Shown piece by piece: positions 8,956-17,289 of a DNA stretch of 64,000 bases (positions within the stretch are counted from its first letter, which is position 1; each line of letters starts with the position of its first letter). The position numbers and the translations under genes were made by a program. Where the stretch lies: assembly GCA_016873805.1 (NCBI GenBank), contig VGVZ01000010.1, positions 17,629 through 81,628 of the forward strand. The letters run 5' to 3'. The notes under the pieces are model-generated. The model searched no databases. It saw only the letters and a list, made by a program, of their open reading frames with translations, and had not been told where the DNA came from. This DNA is from Ignavibacteria bacterium (GTDB lineage Bacteria > Bacteroidota > Ignavibacteria > UBA10030).

Positions 8956-9639
8956 CTAGCGATCCTTGAGGCGTTCAAGCGCACCCGCGACGCGTTTTCG
9001 ATAGCCGTCCGGCAGCGGCTCGGCGAGCATCGAGATGTACACCGCGCGCGCCTCGCTTTCGAGATTGAGTTTCTCGAATCCTCCGCCGAGAGCAATCATC
9101 GCGTCCAGATCATTCTTGACCTCAGGATAGAGAGTCATCGTGGAACGAATTCTCAGCACGGATGTCGCGTAGTACCCATAGTCCTGAAGCACTCTGGCTC
9201 CGTGGATAAGCATCTCCCCCGTTTTGCCTTCAGAGGTCTGGGACGCGCTTCGCGCCCCCTTCCGGTTGCCATGAAGAATCGTGGCGGATGGAATAACCGT
9301 CTTGTCGTCCGTCCGATCGGGGACTGCGAGAATGTCCTGCGTGGCAAGGCGGAGCAAAAGATCCTCGCGGCTCATTTGTCTGAAGTCGTGCAGATCCACC
9401 ATGGTATAGTCCGGTATCGTGACTTTGTTCGTCCCCACGGCCAGCACGACTGATGATCGCTCGCCTGTCCGGATGGTATCCTCCGGCTTCAGGAGATCGC
9501 CCACGGCCACCGTCATCCATTGTTCAGTCACTCCCTTCCGAACCTCCACGGTTCCCTGAATGCCGCGAACGACGATCGAACCGGCAATAAGAGGAACGGC
9601 CAGAAGTGTGAGGCAAACTGCAATCGTTACGAATCGCAT
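8956..9639 (-). CDS. Secreted FecR-domain-like protein
   Basis: Start set at ATG 9639, preceded by GGAGG. Signal peptide MRFVTIAVCLTLLAVPLIAG. Then GTVEVRKGVTEQWMTVAVGDLLKPEDTIRTGERSSVVLAVGTNKVTIPDYTMVDL, which matches the usual FecR-domain pattern. Confidence 0.55.
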   Translation of the reverse strand: MRFVTIAVCLTLLAVPLIAGSIVVRGIQGTVEVRKGVTEQWMTVAVGDLLKPEDTIRTGERSSVVLAVGTNKVTIPDYTMVDLHDFRQMSREDLLLRLATQDILAVPDRTDDKTVIPSATILHGNRKGARSASQTSEGKTGEMLIHGARVLQDYGYYATSVLRIRSTMTLYPEVKNDLDAMIALGGGFEKLNLESEARAVYISMLAEPLPDGYRKRVAGALERLKDR

Positions 9640-9682
9640 GACATCCTCCAGATAACACGTAATAGAAATACTCCTACAAAAT

Positions 9683-11710
9683 CTATCGTGAAAGCACATC
9701 GACAATTCTTACCCAACCCGACGTCAGCCCAGAACCGGCTTCAACGTCGCGGAAATACGTTTCCGCGCCGATTTCCCATGCCCGCTCGAATCCTTCCGTC
9801 ATCATCGTCGACTCGATTGGAATCCACACCGTCTCACGTCCTTTGAAATCACGTCTCACAACATAGCGCTTCGGATTCGACGAAACGATGTTTGCACTCG
9901 CCGCCGCGACTCCGGTGTCGAACATCAAATAGATGTGGGCTTCATCCTCCTCCCCCGGGGGGACGACGTCGACAAACGCTGTTGAAATCCCCACACTCGC
10001 CAGCAACGATGTGTATGTGACCGCCAGATCATCGCAGTCTCCGCCTCGGAGAGCCAGCGTCTCCGACGGGAATTGGACGCGATCCTTGCTCTGTTTCGGA
10101 TCCCGCACATAGGTCAACCGCGAAGAAAATTCATCGAACAGTTTCCGGGCGGATACAAGCTTCTCAAGCTCCTTCGTCGATGTTGCAAGCTCTTCTTTGT
10201 GTTCATTCGCAACTGTCCGACTGAATCGCAGTACCTCGGGATCGTCCGGAGTGACGAAGTAGCGCAGGGTGAGGGCATCCCCATCCCAATCATTCCTTCC
10301 GCGAAACACCACTCGAGTTTGGACTTTGTCGTCGTATCCCGTGTGGGGGGAGGCTTTCACGAAAACGTCCGCCGCACGCAACACCACCGAGGGGAGCAGC
10401 TTGACCGCATCATTGAAGATGGCGACAAGCGGAATATCCGCCGTCGCGTCGGGCGAAATAACGTATGATGGAGTCTCGGTGGGCGCATCCATATACTGGT
10501 CGACAAAGAACGAAACCCGCGCCTCGATGGGTTTTGAAGAGATGTTGCGAACCCTTGCGATGCCCAGCGGTCGGTGGGCATGGATATGATGGGAAGAGGG
10601 ATACACCTCGGACATGATCCTGACCTGCTCGATCTTCGCCATCGCCTCTCGTTGAACGCTCAACGGCACGCTTACCGTCAGCATGAGCTGGTTCCGCATG
10701 TACTGGTTGGCGGAGATATCCCTCACGCCTTCGGTCAGGAACTCCTGGAGACTCAGCTCGGCGCCTCGTCTTGTCCCGAGGAATTGGATGAAACCCGCAT
10801 CAATTTGCACGGATTCACTTACCCATCCTATGCTGCTCGCCAGTGCCGCCACAAAGGGAGCGAATTCCTTGCCAAAGAACATTCCCTGGCGCAGCTGGAG
10901 ACTTCGTGTCACGTTGATTTCAATTCCCGCCGCACCTCTGCGCCGGCTATCAAGATCGAGCGATGTCGCGAGCACCGACGTCGGCTGATACGTGGCACCA
11001 AATCGGATGGTCTTGGTCGGGCGGAAGGAGTATTCCCTCGTCTCGTGAGGAAACTCGCTCTCTTTCATGCGGAACAGGTTTTTCGCCACGATACCGAAGT
11101 GCCATTTTGCATTCATGCTCCATTGTACACCGAGATCGAAGTTCCATGAGCTGGCGAAATAATCCGTGAACCGAATTCTCGCAACGGTGTCCTTTTCAAA
11201 GAACGGCTCTGTGTCTGTCAGAGACTCCTCCATGTAACGGGCGCTCACTCCGATCGCGGCCTCGGGCGAAAGCTGATAACCGTATCCGAGCGCATAGCTC
11301 TCTTTGAACGAAATCTTCTTATCGAACGAAATGGATTGACCGCCGTTGGCAAACTGAAACGTACTGGGAACAACAAAATCAAGAAGGAAACCGGGAGAAT
11401 AGCGAACGCCGAAGGTATGGTTCTCAAGAATTCGTTTCGTTCCACCGAGCGTTTGAAACATCATCCCCTTGACCTTATGACCCTTGCCGACGAGAACGGC
11501 GCTGGTCGTGCTCAGCTCCCAATCTCTGGCCCTTGAGAGACCCGCCGGATTCCAGTCCAGAGCCCCCAGCTCGTTCACAGCTGACGTATACGCACTGAGG
11601 CCGATGCCGCGCGCCGAGCCGAAGTGCTGTGCGTGCAGACAGTGCGTCACGAGTGCCGGGAAGACGATCACCAGAATGATTTTCAGTATTGGATGGTGTT
11701 TCTGAACCAC
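9683..11710 (-). CDS. Outer-membrane beta-barrel (PorP/SprF- or FadL-like N-terminus) fused to a C-terminal transglutaminase-like cysteine-protease-fold domain
   Basis: 675 aa with a GTG start. Signal peptide ILKIILVIVFPALVTHCLHAQ. Barrel-type motif ALDWNPAGLS and alternating beta-strand pattern in the first ~350 aa. C-terminal LRGGDCDDLAVTYTSLLASVGI...EAHIYLMF...WIPIEST resembles a TGase Cys/His/acid core. Confidence 0.6.
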   Translation of the reverse strand: MVQKHHPILKIILVIVFPALVTHCLHAQHFGSARGIGLSAYTSAVNELGALDWNPAGLSRARDWELSTTSAVLVGKGHKVKGMMFQTLGGTKRILENHTFGVRYSPGFLLDFVVPSTFQFANGGQSISFDKKISFKESYALGYGYQLSPEAAIGVSARYMEESLTDTEPFFEKDTVARIRFTDYFASSWNFDLGVQWSMNAKWHFGIVAKNLFRMKESEFPHETREYSFRPTKTIRFGATYQPTSVLATSLDLDSRRRGAAGIEINVTRSLQLRQGMFFGKEFAPFVAALASSIGWVSESVQIDAGFIQFLGTRRGAELSLQEFLTEGVRDISANQYMRNQLMLTVSVPLSVQREAMAKIEQVRIMSEVYPSSHHIHAHRPLGIARVRNISSKPIEARVSFFVDQYMDAPTETPSYVISPDATADIPLVAIFNDAVKLLPSVVLRAADVFVKASPHTGYDDKVQTRVVFRGRNDWDGDALTLRYFVTPDDPEVLRFSRTVANEHKEELATSTKELEKLVSARKLFDEFSSRLTYVRDPKQSKDRVQFPSETLALRGGDCDDLAVTYTSLLASVGISTAFVDVVPPGEEDEAHIYLMFDTGVAAASANIVSSNPKRYVVRRDFKGRETVWIPIESTMMTEGFERAWEIGAETYFRDVEAGSGLTSGWVRIVDVLSR

Positions 11711-11766
11711 TGATTTCTCGCGATCCGTGCTGGACTCCTTGTTGACAAACGTTCGTTCGTGAGCTT

Positions 11767-12705
11767 CTAGCGCAACGTCACCAGAAAGTTCTGGATGGTT
11801 GCCGCCTGGACGAGGACTTTGTGCGGGAATCCCTCAATCGTCGCCGTCTTTCTGTTCGCGGAAACAACCGACACCAGAAATTCTCCGTCGCTGCTCTCGG
11901 GGAGCAACCGGAGAAGAGAAGAGGACACGACGAGCGAATTCCCAACGGGATTCGCCTTGAGCAGCATCAGGCCCTTCGCCGCACGTCCTTCCACTTTGTT
12001 ATAGGTGCTGAAGATGACCTGAACCAGGCTCCCTGCCTTCCCTTGCCATCGAAGCACGAGATCCTCGTCTCGAAACATCACCGTCCGCGAGGAAAGGCCT
12101 TCGAGGGTCATCCGGCCGGGGGTCCGGATATCCATTATGAAAGGTTTCACCACTCCCCGTCCTTCTGCTTCGACAACATAATCGTGATTGTGCTCGAAGA
12201 CGAAAGGCTTACCAACTTGAATTCCATCGTTGCCAAGCTTGTAGAAGACACCGGTCCGGACAAAGTGCGTGGTGAGCGTGCTCCTGATCCGAAGAATCCA
12301 TTCGTTCAGGTCGAAATCCGAATTGTCGAGCCGCGCTTTTCCGACGTCGATCAGCGGATACGTGCTGTATGTCCCAAAGCTCCCGCTGAGTGGAAACGGT
12401 GTCGTCCGGTCTTCCAGGAGAATCCGTGCGTACGAGAGTTGTTCAACATGGCTCCGAAGATCGCTTTTCACGGAGGTGATGAGGATCGAACCCGCATACT
12501 GCTCTTGGTCGAGCTTCGTCAAACCGGTGATATCGATCGACGATTCCTTGATGATCGGCGTGTCGCCGTTCTCCTTCAGGAAGAGAACCTCGAGCGGAGC
12601 GGAAGCTCGTTCGTCGACAAGTTCGATGGAGTTGGGCTGGTCACAGGCGGAGATAAGGAGGGCGATGACCAGGATCGCCGGGGAATATTGAAATGACCTT
12701 TTCAT
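11767..12705 (-). CDS. Lipoprotein of unknown function
   Basis: ATG at 12705 is preceded by AGAGG. Lipobox ALLISAC. 312 aa, beta-rich, with no motif I recognise. Confidence 0.6.
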   Translation of the reverse strand: MKRSFQYSPAILVIALLISACDQPNSIELVDERASAPLEVLFLKENGDTPIIKESSIDITGLTKLDQEQYAGSILITSVKSDLRSHVEQLSYARILLEDRTTPFPLSGSFGTYSTYPLIDVGKARLDNSDFDLNEWILRIRSTLTTHFVRTGVFYKLGNDGIQVGKPFVFEHNHDYVVEAEGRGVVKPFIMDIRTPGRMTLEGLSSRTVMFRDEDLVLRWQGKAGSLVQVIFSTYNKVEGRAAKGLMLLKANPVGNSLVVSSSLLRLLPESSDGEFLVSVVSANRKTATIEGFPHKVLVQAATIQNFLVTLR

Positions 12706-13287
12706 GGTCAACCTCTCGTGAATCTCAGTAAGAATCTACAGTTTTTTTCATATGCGCGCAAAGCGCCGAGTCACACGTTCCCCGCTACTTTGTGATACCG
12801 GTCCCATGATTCCCGTGATTGCGTCTTTTTCTAAAGGAAACTCGCACAATTCTGGTTCCCTCAAACTCGACATACCTCGTGTACGATTTGTTCTGCTTCG
12901 GATTAAAAGAGGGTTTTTTGGAAGATTTGGGGATGTTTTGGAATCCTGCTCTTGTAGTTTCAGAGCTCTCCCCTTGCTCTTCAGACCACGAACCGGCGAA
13001 ATCGAGGCTGATCTGCGACTCAACGAAGTTGTTCCCCGATCGTTCTCCCTTCATTCCTTCACACTCCCAAAATCGTGCGAGTTTCCACGCCTCCTCTCTC
13101 AAAGGTCATACCAAGTTACTCGTCCTCCCGGAGATCCTAATTTCTTGATTGACAACGTGTTACAGAGGATTCAGGAGAGGGCCCTCCGCGGAAGTGCCGG
13201 AATCTCGCTGACGAAGCGCCGGAATTCGAGAATCCATCATTTCAGGAATGTGAAGGGCAGACTGGTCAGCAAAAAACTGGGGAATCG

Positions 13288-15894
13288 CTACTCCCACTTC
13301 GCGTCGAGGTAGGCACGCACCACTTCATCAAGGACTTGATGATACCGCTGGGGGAGGTTCTTGTACTTTGCATTGAGATGGGAACGAACCTCCTCAAACG
13401 ACTCCTCTCTGTCGATCTCGGCAGTCAGGTTGCGGATGTATTCTGAGATCTTCCTGGAGACCCGGGCCGTCACCTCCGGATCGTCCGTTCCGGCAACCGC
13501 CCTGGACGCGCTCTTGATGTCCCATTTGTGCTCGAAGAAGGAGGTCAAGCAGAGGCCTCGGAAATACTCACCGACCGTACCCCGATTCAATCCGCCAAGT
13601 TCATGGGCGGTCTCGGAGATCGAACTCCGGGAGAAATGCTTTGATCGGAGAAGATCGAGAATCTTGTCCTCGAGGTCGAGGAGGGCATTGACGCTCGATT
13701 GGATTTCGGTCGGGAAGTCTTTCACCCGAAGCAGGGATCGGTTTTCCGACTTCGAGAGGATTGCGGCTCGTTTGATTGCGGTTTCCAGTTCTCTGACATT
13801 CCCCGGCCAACGATATTGAGTGAGGAGACTCATTACCGTTTCAGACACTGCGAGGGAATGCCCTTCGCTCCGAAGGAAATGAGCGGTCAGTGCCGCAATG
13901 TCGGGGAGTCGGTCACGCAGAGGAGGAATCTCGATCGAGAACACATTCAATCGGTAGTAGAGATCCTCGCGAAATTTCTTCTGGTCGATGAGGGATTTCA
14001 GATTCTTGTTTGACGCGGCAATCACGCGGACATCGACTTTGACGGTCCGCACGGATCCGACGCGCTCGAACTCCCCTTCCTGAAGGACGCGGAGGAGTTT
14101 TACCTGAAAGGCCGGCGAGGTTTCGGCAATCTCGTCGAGGAAAATCGTCCCATCGTTGGCGAGTTCGAATCTTCCCGGTTTGTCTTTGACGGCGCCGGTA
14201 AACGCTCCTTTTTCGTGACCAAACAATTCGGTTTCGAGGAGAGTCTCGGTCAGCGCCCCGCAGTTCACGGCAACGAACGGTCCGTTCCTGCGCTCGCTTC
14301 GCTTGTGGATGGCCTTTGCCACAAGCTCCTTTCCCGTCCCACTTTCTCCAAATACCAGCACATTCGCACTGGTGCGCGCGACCTTGTCGATCATCGCTAC
14401 CACTCCCCCCATCTTGCTCTGGCGGTCGTAAACAATTCCCTCGAACTGATGAACTCCCTGCCCCGCGCTCATGAGGGATCGATCGCTCTCCAAATCGGCA
14501 ACCTGACTGGAGAGAAGCCGGATCTCATCTTTGATTTGCTTCACCCGCTCAGTGAGCTCCGTCTGGGATGGTCGTGTCGGATCGATCATCTCATCGGTCA
14601 GCTCTCGTTCGAGCAGACCCAGCTGCAGCTCTTTTTCTCTCAATCTCGATTCAATCGACGATTTCTCGCGCTTGATGCTGGCAAGCAAATCCTGCGTCGC
14701 GCGATGCTCGACAAAGATCATCACGCCGAGAGGAACTGCAAGAACCAGCCCAGGTTGGACCGTCGGCAGAATTATGGTGAAGTACGAGAAGGCGAGTTGA
14801 GTCAGGATGAGATAGATGCCATAGATCCCAACAACAAGCAAGACGCCTATCGCATCATCTCGCCAATAAATGATGGCGACCGACATCAGAAGAATAAGGA
14901 GGGAGATGAGAAGGCCGCTCCATCGTCCGGTGTCGCTCAAGAATCGGTTCTGCAACGCGTTGTCAATCAGTGTGGCGTGGACGCCGATGGGAGCGAAGCC
15001 CTGACTGAACGGGGTTGGATAGAACGACCCCAATCCTTCCGCCACGATCCCCAGGAGCACAATTTTCCCTTCGAAGGTCTGGAGCGGGATTGTTGGACCG
15101 ATCCCCAATCTGGAGTATTCAAACGATCGGATCACTTCCACCGAACGAAATGCCCGAAACACACCCAACGGGCCCAGGAAATTTGTTCTCACCTCCTGTC
15201 CCTTATCCCAGCCAGCAGGGGTGTTCTCGCGCCGACTGTAGACCTTCAGGACCTCCGCGAAGAACGCTCCGATCTCCTGCGCTGTGTCCGCGACGATCAG
15301 AGGCACTCGACGAACGGTCGGCTCGAGAAAATTCGTATGCCCAACAGCTGCAGCATGTTCGGAAAAATCGCCGTGCGGCGCGTGATATCCTTCCCCCTTC
15401 CAAATAATGGCTCGATCTGCTTCGCCGGGCGGTCTATCTCCTCCGCGAGGAGAGGAATCGGAGGTACTCGGGGCGACACTCTTGTAGTATGAGGAAAGAA
15501 TGACATTTCCAGATCGCTTGATGACAGCCGCGAGTAGAGTGTCATACTCGGGGAACTCCCTGTTGCGCGTTCCCAGGAACACGTCAAGACCAACGACTTT
15601 GGCGTCGAGTCTCGACATAATCTCGATAAGCAGCGCATAGTAATTGCGCCGGAGGGGCCATCCCCCCAGAGCGGAGATGTCCTCCGCATCGAAATAGACC
15701 AACACGATGTTGGTATCCGGCTCAACCTCCCCCCTGACGGCGCAGCGGAGATCGAGGAGAGACTCATCAACCGAAAACACGGCGGGATAGAAGATCGTGG
15801 TCAAGATCAAGAGGATAACCGCCGCAAGTCCCGAGGCAAGATGCTTGGAGTGTGAAGGGGACGGAGTGGGAGTTCGGTCAGATGATGGAAGCAT
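13288..15894 (-). CDS. Membrane-integral CHASE2 sensor fused to a sigma54-dependent AAA+ transcriptional activator (bEBP)
   Basis: 868 aa. N-terminal TM helix. CHASE2-like block [44 protein letters not shown]. Three TM helices ([20 protein letters not shown]...). A coiled coil. Walker [15 protein letters not shown] loop (EKGAFTGA), Walker B IFLDEI, and RVIAASN...LYYRLNV. C-terminal HTH-like [20 protein letters not shown]. Confidence 0.85.
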   Translation of the reverse strand: MLPSSDRTPTPSPSHSKHLASGLAAVILLILTTIFYPAVFSVDESLLDLRCAVRGEVEPDTNIVLVYFDAEDISALGGWPLRRNYYALLIEIMSRLDAKVVGLDVFLGTRNREFPEYDTLLAAVIKRSGNVILSSYYKSVAPSTSDSSPRGGDRPPGEADRAIIWKGEGYHAPHGDFSEHAAAVGHTNFLEPTVRRVPLIVADTAQEIGAFFAEVLKVYSRRENTPAGWDKGQEVRTNFLGPLGVFRAFRSVEVIRSFEYSRLGIGPTIPLQTFEGKIVLLGIVAEGLGSFYPTPFSQGFAPIGVHATLIDNALQNRFLSDTGRWSGLLISLLILLMSVAIIYWRDDAIGVLLVVGIYGIYLILTQLAFSYFTIILPTVQPGLVLAVPLGVMIFVEHRATQDLLASIKREKSSIESRLREKELQLGLLERELTDEMIDPTRPSQTELTERVKQIKDEIRLLSSQVADLESDRSLMSAGQGVHQFEGIVYDRQSKMGGVVAMIDKVARTSANVLVFGESGTGKELVAKAIHKRSERRNGPFVAVNCGALTETLLETELFGHEKGAFTGAVKDKPGRFELANDGTIFLDEIAETSPAFQVKLLRVLQEGEFERVGSVRTVKVDVRVIAASNKNLKSLIDQKKFREDLYYRLNVFSIEIPPLRDRLPDIAALTAHFLRSEGHSLAVSETVMSLLTQYRWPGNVRELETAIKRAAILSKSENRSLLRVKDFPTEIQSSVNALLDLEDKILDLLRSKHFSRSSISETAHELGGLNRGTVGEYFRGLCLTSFFEHKWDIKSASRAVAGTDDPEVTARVSRKISEYIRNLTAEIDREESFEEVRSHLNAKYKNLPQRYHQVLDEVVRAYLDAKWE

Positions 15895-16128
15895 GGGCTA
15901 CCGCGTTGGATGACGTGACGAATGGGGAACATGTGTGTTTCTGCTCCCCAGCAACGCTTGATCATAAAGGTGCGAACAAAACTGAACGCAAGATACGCCC
16001 CAATGTTCACTAATTCAAGGCAAAGCATCAGCGCCGGAGAATGACTGTGATTGGGCTCATGTCTTGGACGAACGCCGACACGACGGTTGACGAGGGATGA
16101 TGACGCGCCCGCGCTCAGGCCAATTTCA

Positions 16129-16157
16129 TTGACAAGATGATCTTCTTTCTGTATATA
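16129..16157 (+). promoter_or_regulatory. Sigma70-like promoter about 350 nt upstream of actA
   Basis: TTGACA-17 nt-TATATA on the plus strand. Confidence 0.4.
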
Positions 16158-16505
16158 GTTTTTTGATGAGCCGCCATCCCCCTTTGGCCGTGGGAACGGA
16201 GAGAACCACTCTCCATTCCCAAGGGGATCCTCTCAAGTGCGCGACACGAGGCAGTGGCACCATTCCATTCGCACCACATTTTCGCCGTTCGACGGAACTG
16301 TTCTGTCATAATTGCTGTTTAGATGATGTTTCTGAGGGAACTTTCAGCGCGTGGAGCCACCTCGACCGCTGAGCTCATTTTCCCTTGGCGGCATAGCCAC
16401 CTCCTGCTTCTTACATGCCCGACTCGGGCACGCATTCATCACGCCTTTCAACAGATCGATGTGGTCGTTGGATGATGTCCAGTTGCTCCGAACCGAAAGC
16501 AATGA

Positions 16506-17075
16506 ATGAACAAGACAATCCTTGACTATTCACTGAAGATCCGTGTGCCGATTACGGTTTTCGTGGCGGCACTGACATTCACCCTCACCTATTTTCTTTC
16601 TCGTCCCGAACGGGACGGGATCGGCTACGCTCCTCCCCAACCCATTCCGTTCTCCCACAAGCTGCACGCCGGAGAAATGGCCATCGATTGCCAGTACTGC
16701 CATACGGGCGTTACAGAATCGCGACACGCCCTCATCCCTGCCACGAGCGTCTGTATGAACTGCCACACCGTCGCCCGAAAGAACAAAGAGGCGATTGTCA
16801 GGCTGACCGAGTATCATGGCGAGGGAAAACCGCTGGAGTGGAAACGGATTCACCGGGTACCCGACTTTGCCTACTTCAATCACAGTGTGCACGTCAACAA
16901 GGGAATCGAGTGCGCCGGCTGTCACGGCGAGGTGAAGGACATGGATGTGATTCGTCAAGTATCGTCGTTCACGATGGGAAGCTGTCTCAATTGCCACAGG
17001 GAGGTGCATCAGAGGTTTCCCGATCTCAAGGGCGTCAACACCGGACCGGAACATTGCTTCGCGTGCCATCGATAG
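16506..17075 (+). CDS. actA: Alternative complex III pentaheme cytochrome c subunit ActA
   Basis: 189 aa. N-terminal TM helix. Five CXXCH motifs: CQYCH, CMNCH, CAGCH, CLNCH, CFACH. First gene of the actABCDEF order. Confidence 0.85.
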   Translation: MNKTILDYSLKIRVPITVFVAALTFTLTYFLSRPERDGIGYAPPQPIPFSHKLHAGEMAIDCQYCHTGVTESRHALIPATSVCMNCHTVARKNKEAIVRLTEYHGEGKPLEWKRIHRVPDFAYFNHSVHVNKGIECAGCHGEVKDMDVIRQVSSFTMGSCLNCHREVHQRFPDLKGVNTGPEHCFACHR

Positions 17076-17091
17076 CAGAGGGAAGAGAACC

Positions 17092-17289
17092 ATGAACCAC
17101 ACACAACCACCGAAGCAGACGACGCGAAGACGATCGTTGATTCTCATCGCGGCCGGTGCCGGAATCGCGCTGTTCGCGAATTTCCTTTCCCGGAAATCTT
17201 CCGCGGGTCCACGCCGCTCCGATCGTCACATCCGCGTGACCCAGCACCCGAACGCCGTTCAACGCGCCAGAAGGAATGTGAATGTCTAG
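17092..17289 (+). CDS. Candidate small membrane protein (65 aa) with a twin-arginine-like N-region
   Basis: GAGGGAAG lies 6-7 nt upstream of the ATG. The sequence is TTRRRSLILIAAGAGIALFANFLS followed by a basic tail. It fills the actA-actB gap and its stop overlaps the actB start by 8 nt. No family recognised. Confidence 0.3.
   Translation: MNHTQPPKQTTRRRSLILIAAGAGIALFANFLSRKSSAGPRRSDRHIRVTQHPNAVQRARRNVNV

Noticed and set aside
12748-13312. Several 90-186-aa ORFs on both strands inside the 575-bp gap
   Set aside because: They overlap each other, are low-complexity, and have no RBS or motif. The region is treated as non-coding regulatory DNA (see finding).
14215-15492. 425-aa ORF antisense to the CHASE2/sigma54 activator
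   Set aside because: No recognisable motif, and Arg/Leu/Ser-rich shadow-frame composition. The opposite strand encodes a complete AAA+ module.
16255-16273. TGGCACCATTCCATTCGCA, which looks like a sigma54 -24 box upstream of actA
   Set aside because: The nearest GC dinucleotide is three nucleotides too far from the GG for a -24/-12 promoter, and there is no TTGC at the right spacing.
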